Below are positions 12,849 through 27,100 of a DNA stretch of 64,000 nucleotides, in pieces. The DNA comes from Octopus vulgaris. Lineage: Eukaryota. Below the pieces are notes generated by a model, which was not told the DNA's origin, searched no databases, and was given only the letters and a program-made list of their open reading frames with translations. Where the stretch lies: NCBI GenBank assembly GCA_951406725.2, contig OX597825.1, positions 6,262,001 to 6,326,000 of the forward strand. Direction: 5' to 3'. The position numbers and the translations under genes were made by a program. Position 1 is the stretch's first letter; each line of letters opens with the position of its first letter.

Positions 12849-13190
12849 TACGATGTGGTATCAGAAAGTTCTCGGGCTAGTTCTGTAGCGCGCCAACAGG
12901 CGGCGGTATACGGTTGCGCGCGCAATGAGAGTTAGCAGTGAGTGTCTTGAGGCGGTGTGCCGAGTGATATTGCTGTGTTTACTTCGCCATTAGTTATATT
13001 TGTGTTTTAGTGATCACGTGTCTGCTGTAGTCTGCGGATTTGCCATGGACAAGAACAAAGAGCTAACGAGAAATTTTGCATTAAACTTGGGAAGTCTGCT
13101 ACAGAGACATTGAGCATGCTTCGGCCAGGTTACGGCGAAGGGAATGGGTTGTATGTTATGTTTCGAGTGGCATGAGCATCGTGGTGACCA
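12849..13190 (+). mobile_element. Mariner transposon left end with frameshifted transposase N-terminus
   Basis: TA plus TIR-like CGATGTGGTATCAGAAAGTTC. From ~13045 it reads MDKNKE / EKFCIKLGKSATETLSMLRPGYGE / MGCMLCFEWH, matching the mariner HTH domain. Confidence 0.8.
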
Positions 13191-14339
13191 CAGCATCGCA
13201 TAGTGCGACACCTGACTAGGATGAGGATGATGAGCTGTGAATACTATAGGGAGGTGATAGTATGTGTTTTAACGAGCTTCTATGAGGTCGAGCCTCCACC
13301 CGAACTACACAAACTCTACAGGCAACTCCGGGAGTAGTTTTGGAATAGCTGTGTCTTGAAGTCTCATATCACGCGGGAAAAAGGAAAGACTGGACATTTC
13401 TTTTTAGTAATTCTGTGTTTTATACAATAGAAATCACGATTCTGAAAGTTTTTTCAAAAATTTCTATTTTTCTACACGGCGTCTCACTTCTGCACCCGTT
13501 TCCTTTGCCATGAGATGTGGGATTGGGTTTGTGAGCAACAGTTATTCCGAAAATAGGATTGAATTTTATTTTTAAGAAAAATGATGTATGTGCCAGAATG
13601 TTGTCTGAATTTTACCAAGGAAGAAGAAGCAGGCCTTTGAAGTTAACCGACATTTCATTTCAGCTGGCACAAGATAATATTGGCTGAAATAAATAACGGA
13701 AGGTGTGTTTGCGCTCATAGCAGGCGGTTTAGCATTTGCTCTTACATATTGCCAAATATAGTAACGTTGGCACAACTCCCCCCCCCCCCAAACAAAACAA
13801 AACCGAAAAGGGAAATGTCTTATTATCTAGATGACTAATCTAAACAGATATACGGGATCGATTCCAGGAAAGATCTGTCACAAGATATATTTTGTTGGTG
13901 ATGAAAGCAAGATAAAATCGTATGATTTCGCTCATTTTTCTGCATTTTGCAGAGTTCCATAACAAAGTAATTTTAAGGCAGGTTGCTCTAAAGGGATTTG
14001 GCTTTGCTGTTTCTGGCTTTGGCAGATTGATTACTCTATCCTCTCCGAAATCCTGCATTTTTTTCTATATTAAGTAGAAGCGATACAAAAGGTCTCATAG
14101 AAATAATGTTTTTGAGAGTATGTCGCAAGTATTCTTTACCATTAAATATTGTTTTCTAATATTATTTTTCTTTTAATTTTAATAATTTTTGATTTGTGAT
14201 TTTGTCATGTTTAGTTTTGGAACTCCACTTTCTAATAACCACCAAAAAGTTTAATTTTCCTTCAGTCCCTCGAAAAAATGGAGGTACTGTTCGTAAGACA
14301 GCAGATTGTGGCAATCAGCGACATGAAAAAGTAACGCTC

Positions 14340-14810
14340 ACGTAACGGCAGACGAAATTCCGCTAAACATTTCGACTGGCGTGCTAACGTTTCTTATTTC
14401 TTTATTGTCCACAAGGGGCTAAACATAGAGAGGACAAACAAGGACAGACAAACGGATTAAGTCGATTACATCGATCCCAGTGCGTAACTGGTACTTATTT
14501 AATCAACCTCGAAAGGATGAAAGGCAAAGTCGACCTCAGCGGAATTCGAACTCAAAATGTAAAGACAAACGGAATACCTATTTCTTTACTACCCACAAGG
14601 GGCTAAACACAGAGAGGACAAACAAGGACAGACAAACGGATTAAGTCGATTATACCGACCCCAGTGCGTAACTGGTACTTATTTAATCGACCCCGAAAGG
14701 ATGAAAGGCAAAGTCGACTTCGGCGGAATTTGAACTCAGAACGTAGCAGCAGAAGAAATACGGCTACGCATTTCGTCCGGCGCGTTAACGTTTCTGCCAG
14801 CTCGCTGCCT
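14340..14810 (-). mobile_element. SINE family B (Meta-domain-like) concatemer: full unit, head-less unit and head fragment
   Basis: Minus-strand head GGCAGCGAGCTGGCAGAAACGTT, two copies of the central GCCTTTCATCCTTTCG..GT.GAT..AAGTACCAG and two of the tail ...AAAGAAATA. Junctions at 14575/6 and ~14392/3. Confidence 0.9.
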
Positions 14811-15619
14811 CAAAGTCGAACTTACGTCTCTTTGTATTTTTCGCGCTTTTTCGCTACATTTCATATATATAAGGACGACATTACACATTTGTCTCCCCTT
14901 ATACAGAACCTGATAAAAAATCCAGAAGTTTTTGTCGTTAAATCAAGCACTTAGTCGAACTAAATTCAATTTACGAAGATCATTTCATAAAACACACGAT
15001 GTTTGAGGTTATAGCGGTCAACCAGAAGCCAAATATATTTAGACATAACTGGTATCAAATAATAAACCACAATTCAAAATAATGTACCACAAATCCGTTT
15101 AGAATTTTCTTTAATCTAAACTTTACTACTTCTCAGGAAAAGCTAGTCAGCGAACCACCCTCTGCTGCAAGTTATAGGAAAAGTATGCTGTTTACTACCA
15201 CTAAGTATATTATTTTCAGCTAATACCTCAAGCTATAAAACTGCCATAATTATATATTTTATTCCGGATAATTTGCTTACATGGTGTACATTCTATTTCT
15301 GCTATACCTTTTTACTCACTGTCCAGCCTAACATTACGTCTTGCTCGGTGGTAAAATGTAGACGTACTTTTAGTGATAAAGTCTTCAATTATAGAATACA
15401 TCAGAGAAAGGCAGAAAGTGAGATTGCGGTAAATTACACGTTGAGTAATCTTGACAAATCGATGGAGAAAATAATAAACAAAAACAACAACAAAAACCAA
15501 AAATTTTTCTTAAAACTGTATAAACTGTATCAACGGTCTTGCTATGTCATCAACGGGTTGGTATTTGTTTGGTAGGGTTATCACACAGGATATGAAAATG
15601 AACGACGATTATTGCGTTT

Positions 15620-15635
15620 CATATATACATATACA

Positions 15636-15689
<54 letters not shown>

Positions 15690-15743
15690 CATAGATACAT
15701 ACATACAAACATACATATATATATATATATATATATACATACA

Positions 15744-15779
<36 letters not shown>

Positions 15780-15794
15780 TATATACACACATAT

Positions 15795-15843
<49 letters not shown>

Positions 15844-15895
15844 TATAAATAAATATATATAATGCGTGTATGTATGTATGTGTGTGGTGTGTGTA
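15620..15895. repeat. Compound (AT)n/(ACAT)n microsatellite
   Basis: Seen directly. Confidence 0.93.
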
Positions 15896-16913
15896 TTCGT
15901 TTGATTATATTCTCGTTGTTACTAAGTTGACATTAGCTCATTTTCTGTTGCTTTGAAAATATTCTTTGAGGTGCATTAACCAAATTCGAAATACAAACCT
16001 TTCTATGGTAAATTTCTATACAAATTGCCATTTCACACAAGACAGATTGTTTATTGTGCTTCGTTAGACTTTGATCTAAGAAACCGCCACTTACCACTTC
16101 TCTGATAATTGGGTGGTTCAGGCATATAATTGTTTTTCTTCATTATTCGGTACGTTGATAGTATAATTGCGTATAAGTTAGGATTTTATTCATCAGGGGA
16201 TGAATTTGTTCATTACATCTTGATTTAATGATTTTTGTTATGTAAATGCAGAGCCTAAATTTTCTCAGTGGAGTTTGGTCTCCGAGTTCAAATATTAAAT
16301 ACATAAGATGAAAGCTGTATGAATCAGAATATAAATATAATAATGTAACATAGTTATGATATTAAGCAAAGATCTCGAATATACGCTATAGCAACGAAAA
16401 ATGATACACTACCACGATAAAAAAAGTTGCCTATATGTTAAAGAAAACGAAAATAATACACGTATGACATGCATGAGGTGTGTTAGTCTGTGGGTGACCT
16501 CAAACGCGTGTAAACAAGTGTATTTAGTATATTTGTTGATATATATATTACCAGAATAATTTTATTCATATTCTTCTCTTCTTTTAGATGTTTCAGTCAT
16601 TAGAAAATGCAGCCATATTGAACCAACTTCAAGTCTACCAATCACGGAATCGATTTTTCTGTTTCATACTTAAAATAGTAGAACCATAAACAACTCCTGT
16701 TATGGACTGTAAGCATAAAAACACACATACACACTCATATACACACGGTTTTATACACACACACATGTATATATATATATACGTATAGGCATACATGTAT
16801 AAGATGCAGTGGACTTATCGTTGAGTGCCTGAATAACACCTTGTAGCTTCATCTGAACTGCGAATACGAGTTCTAAATCGAGTTATTAGTCTCATAATGC
16901 ATAAGCGAAGTAT

Positions 16914-16953
<40 letters not shown>

Positions 16954-16958
<5 letters not shown>

Positions 16959-17240
16959 ATCCAAACATGAACAGAGAGAAAACACAACAACGCGAGGACG
17001 TGGAACAATTATAGTGTTATTGGACGCTCAGGAAAGGAAAGAAAGAATGAGGATTTAACGTTTCGAGCGGAGCTCTTCGTGAGAAACATAGAAAAAGGAA
17101 AGGTTCAAGGAAGGGAAGACGGAGGAAAGAGAATCGCCAACGATACACACGCGGCCACATATATATATATATAGTTGAAATTTACAGAAAAACAAAAGAC
17201 GAAGAGAGGTTTATAAACAACAAACAAGTGTGTTAGTTTC
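16954..17240 (-). mobile_element. Penelope-like terminal fragments within (TA)n, with a hammerhead-like motif
   Basis: Minus 17086-17054 reads TTTCTCACGAAGAGC-TCC-GCTCGAAACGTTAAA, one change from CTGACGA. Homologous to 56004-56215; a second partial copy lies at 17173-17240. Confidence 0.6.
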
Positions 17241-18369
17241 TTATACATGCATTTCAGTCCGACTCTTAAAGCTGTTTTAATATACTTATTAACAATAAAA
17301 AAAAAAATCTTTAAAATGCAGAAGTAATAAAAAAAGAAACATTTATACTTGTAAAAAATTTCCAAATTTCTGTGGCTCAATATTGCTAAGTCGGCCAATG
17401 CCGGAGAAAATTAATTTAAAAGCTCACCAAAAGATGTTTATTTGTTAAGGGAATCTGCATAGTCCTCTCAAAACCAGGCCGATTACATCAACGTAGATTT
17501 CGGTGAGGAATGCACTGAGACCCATGAATGGAATATTTAAATGCAACTGAAGCTTTGATTAAGAAAATCCTATCAATTGTGAATGAAGATTCCAATTAAA
17601 TGCGAAAGTATTCTCACAGAAAATTCTATATTTTGTATTCTTGAGGCTATTCAAGTTTAGGTCGCTACATTTATGGCGGTTAACAAGCAGTTTATATATT
17701 TATCAATTACTTTCTTTACTACATTGAAAATAGAAAATAAAAGTAACATTCAGTTATTGATTAAAAGAAATAAAACATTTTTTTGCCGAAATACCAAAAG
17801 TCACTTCAGAGCCTCGACAAAAATAAACGAAAGATCAACGGCCCTTGGCTTTTATTAAGCTGACACTTAATAAATGAACTCAAGCACAAATGCTGACCTA
17901 TATTGAAACACGGGCAAATGACTTGCATTCATATGCAAACCGTTGTATGAAAAGCAACTTTTAATTTTCAGAACAATTTATAAGAATGCTTGCAAAGTTA
18001 CTATAGACCGAACCAATAAAGCTGAATAATTCTGACAGCAAAGTCGAGCCACGACATCGAACATAATAAAATAACACCTTACCAAAATGATTTTCCAAAT
18101 ACAATGTTGCCATATTGCTGCAGAGGAGAAGATAAAAAAAAAAAAAAAAATTATACGAATTATTTAAAGTCATGTGAGGGGGAATATTCACCTGTGTTAC
18201 AGGTGAACTTATCTGGTAGGCAAGTCACCGAGGTAAAATGTGGAAGGGCAGAGATTGATTAGAATATTATTAGTTCAAAGACGCAAATGAAATTTTCTCT
18301 TCAGTCCGTTCAAATATATTCATGTTTGTGAGATTCACGGTTGTAACGTATTTTAATTTAGTACGTATT

Positions 18370-19085
<716 letters not shown>

Positions 19086-19718
19086 ATTTCTGTACGAATT
19101 GATTTGTTTCGACTCTGTTTATCCAATCAAAACTTTATCTTTGAAACAGTTATTTCGTTTTCTCTCTTTTTAAGCATCAACTCACTACAAAACTTTTACT
19201 TAACCGTTGTCATACTAAGTTTTTCTACGAATGTTTTAGTTTAAACTGGAAAGGAAAATGTTTAAATGAATGCGGTTCTTTCATATAATGTAATTACATT
19301 CATTGTTGTTAAACTTCATTAAGCGCAAATTAGGTTATTTCCATTGTAATTCTTCCTACCCTGCCTAGGAAAGAAATTATTTATAAGTTTTGAAAGCAAA
19401 TATCTTTCCTAATTTCCGTGTACAAGCGTGTATGTGATGACAGTGTTTTACAATGCGTAGAACACTTAGACCCATGTATACGCATGGGTTGATTAAAATG
19501 AATATTTTTGCACGTATAAGGGAAAGAGAAGGAGAGAGAGAGAGAGAGAGAGAGAGAATGTGTATGTCTATGTATTTATCTGTGTATTAGTTTTTTCTAT
19601 CTCCACTATCTCTCCCTCATTGTGTGTATGCGTGCATATATGTGCGCATGGATATGTAAGATAAAAATAATACAGTAAAATTATATGCCCGTAATTAATA
19701 TATGAAAAAAAGAAAAAA

Positions 19719-19928
19719 GGCGGTGAGCTGGCAGAATCGTTAGCACGTCGAACAAAACGCTTAGCGGCATTTCATCTGTCTTTACGTTCTGAGTTCAAAT
19801 TCCACCGAGGTCAACATTGCCTTTCATCATTTCGGGAGCGATAAAATAAGAACCAGTTGAGCACTGGGGTCAATGTAATCGACTTACCTACTTTCCCGAA
19901 TTGCTGGCTTTGTGCCAAAATTTGAAAC
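19719..19928 (+). mobile_element. SINE family B, older subfamily with alternative tail
   Basis: GGCGGTGAGCTGGCAGAATCGTTAG...GCCTTTCATCATTTCGGG...TGTGCCAAAATTTGAAAC, flanked by TAATATAT(G/T)AAA as a possible TSD. Confidence 0.85.
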
Positions 19929-20099
19929 TAATATATTAAAGGAAGTTGTGTTTTACGACAGAAATGTTGTGAAGTGTGGCACAAAATTCTTTAAGTTTAC
20001 ATATCTATAGATATTTGAACTTTTTAATGTCGAATTTGGTAGGTTTATATATTGTACTTGCAACGCATCCCAGCGTTGTATCGAGAACATAGCAATCGG

Positions 20100-20843
20100 A
20101 AGAAATTTAGGAATAAAATATGGTGGGAGGGGCGCAAATGACACCTCGGACATGCTAGAAACAACAGGTAAAGGACAGGAGTTTTTGGAAAAAATCCTTT
20201 TAAGTTTGTATTAAGGATCAAGTTTTTTTTTGATACGATCAGGTTGTTAAATACAGAATAGAAAAACATCATTCAATTGGATTTGAGCTGTAATTTTGCG
20301 CATACACACATACAGCAACACATAACATAATTCGTACAGAAGTTTTATCTAAAGAGAGGGAGAGAGTGTGTGTGTGTGTGTGTGTGTGTGCCAAAGGAAG
20401 TTATTTTATGGCATTCTTTTGTTTGAAGCAGCCAAGTTGTCAACTCGATCATATGGTCAATCATATGGGATCATTTGCTTTTTCGTTAATTTCCATATAA
20501 ATTTTTTATGTCTTTATGCTTTGAAGAGAGCAGAAATTGAAAGAGAGGAGAAAGTGAAAAGGGAACATTTGCTTTGAAGTGAACTCCTAGTGCGAAACCG
20601 ATTGGTAAGATAAGCCATGATGGATATATGATACTGTACACTTCGATTAATATATATATATATACAAAGAAATTTAGAAATAAAATAAGGTATGGGGGGT
20701 GCAAATGTTACCTCGGACATGCTAGAAACATCAGGTAAAGGACAGGATTTTTGGGAAAAAATTCCTTTTAAGTTTATATTAAAGATCAAGTTTTTAAATA
20801 CGATCAGGTTGTTAAATGCAGAATAGTAAAACACCATTTCAAT
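20100..20843 (+). repeat. Local direct repeat of ~178 bp (20100-20277 and 20667-20843)
   Basis: AAGAAATTTAG...ACCTCGGACATGCTAGAAACA.CAGGTAAAGGACAGGA...ATACGATCAGGTTGTTAAAT appears twice with scattered differences. Confidence 0.85.
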
Positions 20844-20852
20844 ACTCACACA

Positions 20853-20909
<57 letters not shown>

Positions 20910-21725
20910 TTAGGAACAGTATATCTCGAAGCACACATATAAACCCTTCGACTTTTTCTCAAAAGTTCTTTTCAACCGCGTATTTAAATGCTTTTATTTA
21001 TAGTTTTATTATCATTTCAGCCTCAGTTCTTGATCGTTACTTTATTTTTTTTTATATACACCGGAAAGACGGACACAATTTGATCATTGGAGTTAAAAGG
21101 TCCCGAACAAATAACACAAGAAATTTTGTCCGATTCTCTTATAGCTATTGCCAACTCAACAATCATTTTTGTTCGCAACAATTTCCTTGATAAAACTGAA
21201 GAAATTACAAAACATTTAGACAGACAATAAGAAACAGACAATTTTATTAAAACTTCGACTTTCTCGTGGAGAGGTCAATAGGTGGCATTGCTATCGGATT
21301 GTTTAATTTATGATAACATTTCTTGACATTTTCAACCCTTGCCAAATATCTCCCCGGATAATAGTCGTTTCATATTTATTTGGCAGATTATATGTCTCTT
21401 GTGTAGCAAGAATCTCTTATCTCTTGCAAGAAGTGCTTTTTAAGAAACCTTTAATACATTTGTCGCCATATTGTCGTCGGTAGATACTATTCACTGTGGA
21501 AATATAATTTTTATTGCCTTGTCATTCTATTTTTGCGGTGGTGATGCGTTCGAAGTATTATCGTTACTTTTGTCGATAATTATTTTATGACATGAGACGC
21601 TGAATACTAACTTTTCTTTAAATACATCCGACATATTTTAGCTAACAATATAACGTTTATTGAAATAATTTCCCGCTTTCTTCTAAACGCTCTTACATGG
21701 CTTTATTATCACATTTATTGTTCTA

Positions 21726-22115
21726 CTAGCAGTATCGCCCAGCGTTGCTCGGGTTTGTTTCGACCCTTTAGACTTGGAATTTTTGAAAATTAAAATTTTG
21801 CATTATGTAGCTTCTTATTCTCTTTAAGTGAACATTTTTTTGGTTGAAATACACCGAAAAATGGCGACACAGCAGTCAAAAAATCGTAAAAAATAGGGAT
21901 TTTCATAGAAAAAAACACCTTTTTGATGTAAATAATTTTTGGTGTTAACATGGTTCGATTTGAATTTTTTCTTCTTCGGAAGGAAAAGCAAGCCTTTTTC
22001 TATCATACTCTCAATTTTGGTCAACTTGCGCCACAGGGTCTCGGAGGAGGTAGTGTTAGTTGAAGGCTACCAAACCTGCCATACACAGGCAACTTCTGCT
22101 TTATATATATATAGA
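21726..22115 (-). mobile_element. Non-autonomous Helitron (~390 bp)
   Basis: Minus strand starts TC(TATA..AAAGCAG) after an A. It ends with the hairpin CCCGAGCAACGCTGGG followed by CTAG before a T, the canonical A|TC...CTAG|T arrangement. Confidence 0.8.
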
Positions 22116-22354
22116 TATTCAAATCCTATTTGAAATCATAATGATATGACCTTATATAAAGCTTCAAAATGAATATATTTCCAGAGAGATCCTAAGAGAC
22201 TGTCCGTGTTTATAAGTTTAGTCATCATGAGGATTCGAGAAGTTTGACGTTTCGGATTAAGTTCGTCAGTATAGTGTGATGAAGTAACGACCAGTGAAAC
22301 TGAAAATACAAAAACAAAACAAAACAGCAACAACAACAAACGGAAGGAATATAT

Positions 22355-22587
22355 CTATTTCTTTATTGCCCACAAGGGGCTAAACACAGAGAGGACAAAC
22401 AAGGACAGACAAATGGATTAAGTCGATTACATCGACCCCAGTGCGCAACTGGTGCTTAATTTATCGACCCCGAAAGAATGAAAGGCAAAGTCGACCTCGG
22501 CGGAGTTTGAACCCAGAACGTAACGGCAGGCGAAATACGGCTACGCATTTCGCCAGGCGTGCTAACGTTTCTGCCAGCTCGACGCCT
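22355..22587 (-). mobile_element. SINE family B full-length monomer with TSD
   Basis: 16-bp TSD AACG(G/A)AAGGAATATAT at 22339-22354 and 22590-22605. Confidence 0.92.
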
Positions 22588-23196
22588 TTAACGAAAGGAA
22601 TATATTATCATACAAGAAGGAACAACGATTCTAGCAGACCGACTGAACTCATCATACAACAATCTGGTGGTGTGGTCACTTAGTATTCGGTTTATTACTT
22701 CAGTTCATGATTGTTACTGAAAGCGACCATTCAAAAATATCGTTTTTTTCAGTTTGGTTTTCAAAATTAATCTTTTTTGTTGCATGTTTTTCTAATGTAT
22801 CTTTTCTCTAGTGTAGTATCTTCTGCAATAAGCAAAAGCCGTTTTCTCATTAATATGGCTACTTGTTATGCCTAACCTTACAAGAGATATCATTCCTTCT
22901 CTCTTATCTGATCCATTGTGCAATTTTAATACGTTCCACGCTTTGTCTCTGAATGTTCCCGGAATATATTTGAATCTATTTGTCTTTCAGTATTTTGAAT
23001 GGAGTTTTAAATTTCTCCCATAGAATATTTGTTATTCATCTGCAATATGTAAGGAACGAAACGTTTATTTGACAGGTCAAATTTGATGGATCGCTTCCAG
23101 AATCAAATGCATAAATGTTTATTGCTCCTAAATATTGTATTTAAAAAAAATAATTTGCTTTCCCTCTTTTTTTAAATCGCTCTGGAAAAATAAATC

Positions 23197-23256
<60 letters not shown>

Positions 23257-23436
23257 CCTCATCTTTCAATTTAGTTTCTATTTCTTGTCGAGTGTCCCCT
23301 CGACACCTAGGGCAAAGAAACTTACTATATACATTGGTAGGGCATTAAAATAAAAACACCAGATTGCTCACTTACAAAGTCATATGATAGAAAAAAGGGG
23401 AAGAAACAAAGAAAGAAAAAGGAAAGAAGAAAAAAT

Positions 23437-23617
23437 AGGTGCCAAGCTGTATCGGCTCCTTTGCCTTTCCCTTGGATAACATTGGTGGCGTAGAGAGGGG
23501 AGGTCGGTATGAATGAGCGATTGCTGGTCTTCCATAAACAACCTTGCTCGGACTTGTGCCTCGGAAGGTAACTTTCTAGGTGCAATACCATTGTCATTCA
23601 TGACCGAAGGGGTCTCA
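23437..23617 (+). mobile_element. SINE family A, 3' half
   Basis: Aligns with 2074-2252 (AGGTGCCAAGCTGTATCG...CATGACCGAAGGGG). Confidence 0.85.
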
Positions 23618-23964
23618 GCATATTATAACGAAATACTGTGTCCTTGCCAGCAATTAATATTTATGAACCAGTTGCCAAGAATGTGCTTAATATGTAAATT
23701 GGTCTATCCAATAGCATTAAACCGCAAAACTTAGAGGGTATTTAAGCAAGGCGTTCGTGGACAGTTGATGGATTGGATGTGGTGCTGATGAAATAACAAT
23801 AACTCTTGAAATATGCATGTACATATATTGCTTATTTTTTCTATCTTCGATCGCATTGTTTACATAGGCATATTCGTTACGAAACGCGGTAACTTTCAGT
23901 GTTAGCTCTGAATTCTATAGAAAATTTGTAGAGATCAACTTAAAAATGTACATACTGAGCAAAA

Positions 23965-24122
23965 TCCTAAGTGGCATTTCGTTCGAATTTACATTTGAGG
24001 TCGTCTTTGCCTTTCTTCTTTACGGGGTCGATAAAATAAGTACCAGTCAAGTACTGTTGCTAATGACGTTGACCGACACTTTCCTCTAAAATAATTCTGG
24101 ACCCGTGTCAAAATTTGTAGCC
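23965..24122 (+). mobile_element. Degenerate SINE family B (older subfamily)
   Basis: GAGGTCGTCTTTGCCTTTCTTCTTTACGGGGTCGATAAAATAAGTACCAG...GTGTCAAAATTTG. Confidence 0.7.
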
Positions 24123-27100
24123 ATTGTTTCCATATTATGTTTATGACATGTTACGTACTGACCATTCGAATGGTTGTGTTCGTAAGATCACAATATTTAG
24201 TTTACTCTATTTCGTCCTGCCCATTTTTGGAAGCAGTTTTTTCTGCTACTTTTATGTTGAGTGTGTTGTAGTTGGAATCATCAGCTTCGTTTGAGATCGT
24301 TTGCATTATAAGTCTGGTTTGTATTTTTCGTTTCATTTTCCATATAAACACATTGAATTAAATTCAATTCGAGTCATAAATCAAATGACATATAAAGCTG
24401 AACAAATTGAACAATAATAATATTTTGATACGGTTTCTTATTTTGAATTTATCAGAAATCGTAATGAAACAATTGGCTACACATCTATTTGTGCAGTGAA
24501 CGAGAGAATAGGTTAGAATTTTAAAACAGGTGATAGGAACGCTAAATATTCGATTAAGCTAGTTTGTGAAACAACTATCTCACATTTTAATCTTTAATAA
24601 CGTTTATTTTTAGAGAATTATACTTTACGGTTGGAATCTTGTTCTTCAAAAAAATTTCATTTGGCTTACCTTTAATTTCTGTAAAAAAGTATAACAAATC
24701 TTCCATTACTGTCAGCACGTCGGAACGAGCCTTCTCCAAACACCCCTATTTGCTCGCCTTCCTCCTGGCTCCCCTCGGGTAAATTCCCATCGTTATCATG
24801 TCATTTCAGAACATACTACAGCACGTGACCCTTCGTCTTTTCTCGGAGACTAAATACTTTAGAAACATGGCAAGAATCTTTTAAGTTATGCACAACTGAA
24901 TAATTTCGTTACGAAAAATGTTTGCGGAAAATTTTGGTTACAAACCATTCTATCTCATTGAGTATATAATTCTTCTTGTCCTAGTTATTAGAATGAGATA
25001 ATATTAGAAAAATTATTGGAAGCCCTAAACTTTGAATTATTCAAGACAATTATTCAACCGCAGTACAGAAAAAAACCCCAAATAACAAACGATGATTGTA
25101 AATTCGTTTCAGTCACAATGGAAAATCATTCTGAACATTCTGTAGATGACAAATAATTTGGAAAATATGAACGTTCTTTTTGCTCAATTTAAAGGGGAAT
25201 GCATAATCTCTTATTGATATAATTTTCTCAAAGATACTACCGTGATTTATGGCATCATTATAATATTAACCAAACACAATTTTCGAAACCATTCCCCAGA
25301 GAGTTATGATTGTAGAAAACGACAAAAGGGATTTCACGTTGCGGTTGAAATGACGTTTGATTCATTCGTACTATGTTTGATCTTTTTTTTGTATTCAACT
25401 TTTTTCAGCTACATTTCTTAAATAATTCGATATTTTGGGTTTCCAATAAATATTCTCGTACGCTCTACGTAAAATAATTACAGTAAAAACATTATAGCAT
25501 GCAATGAAACCGACATCTTGCTTGAACAATTTCCCAAATAATCTCGCAAACAAAAACAATTTCAATCTTCTGATACTATTATTGCTCTATGTTATTTAAG
25601 ATGTTATGTTGCCCAATATATTTTTATGTTTACGAAGAATTATGAGAGAATTATATTTCCTATATTATCTATTAAGCCACAAACTAAAATTTTAGTGATG
25701 CAGATTAACGGTTTTTAGATTTTTGAAATATTCCATCTCACGGCCATAGTATTCTTTTTTCAAAATTATTATTGATAAATACTTTATAATTATATATTTG
25801 ATGCATACTTCTTTACATTTAAGTTATGTTTCTTACAGATTTCAAGTGAAATTCAATTTTTTTTGAAGTATAGGATTCCATCTGTAAATCTTGGCTATGA
25901 AAATATTTGTTTTGGATCGAAACATTGAAATATTTGCTCCATTAAATGTTTAGTCATGTTTTCCATTCTTTTTAAGTTTTAATTTTATCTGTCAATATAT
26001 TGCTAATAATTCCGTCCTTTTTCAGGAAAGGCCAGTGAAATTATTCAGGTTATTAAAGATCCCTTTCGCAGATAATCAGACATTTCCAATTCAAGGGCCG
26101 GTAAATACTGGAGACTGTTAAAGGTGCAAATATTTCTCGTGTTCTCGTGATTGGTTATAACAGAGGGTGGTTTTCTGTGCATTGCCATACGGAGTTCATG
26201 TCAATGATGATTTCTTTCAAGAGTTATATGTAGTTAGACACATCTGTTGCATGCACAAAGAGGAGTATAGAACATCTGTACGTTGTTGATGAAATGTGAG
26301 TGCCCCAGAATGGCCGTAGTTAATGACTGAAACAAATAAAAGGTAAAAGGTAAGAAATGTGAAGGAATATAGCAAAAAACGTGAAGGGAAAACTCAAGGA
26401 ATGTGATGAAATATATCATTTTTCAGTGTTCCACTTAACTCTCTCACATGGAATTAGGATAGGTTGTATAGAATAAAAGAACACTGAAGATATTGGCTGA
26501 CTGAACTATCAGAATGGTTAAAGAGCTAAGGTTAGGGTGATCTGGAATAAGTAGATGGTCATATATAGAAACCCGACTGTAACAGAATTATATCTCCATA
26601 CGAATAAAGATATATGACAAATATTATCAGTTCTTTTATAAAGCCGACAACTTATTACGTTTTTAGCTCGTCTCCTTATCTTTATATAGTGATGTTCTTC
26701 GTGGAAGTTGTGGTTACTATACTGAGCTAATTGTAACAAAAAGCAAAATAAAAACAAACAAAAAACCCCAAACGAAACAAAACAAAAAAAAAAGCCAACT
26801 TATTTCTTGATAGCTTTGTATTTTTGCAGTTGAGGAGAGTTAGAGCATGAAGATAAACTCTGAAACAATTAGCATTCAGTTTCGAGTTAAATGTGTATTT
26901 ACTAAACAGTACAAAATTCTAATCACTTTTCACATATTTTTCCTGAACTAAACTAAGTTAATGGGAATCTATAATTGTGTATCAAAGTGCAGTGAGAGAT
27001 AATAATAACGTAGGAAATAATGTTCTTTGAGAAACCACTATCATAACTGTTCCTTTACTGCCACATAAGAATGGTCATTTAGCTACATTCAGCTTGTTGC

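Noticed and set aside
22240-22275. Minus-strand CTGACGA...CGAAACGTC hammerhead-like match
   Set aside because: Stems I and II do not pair.
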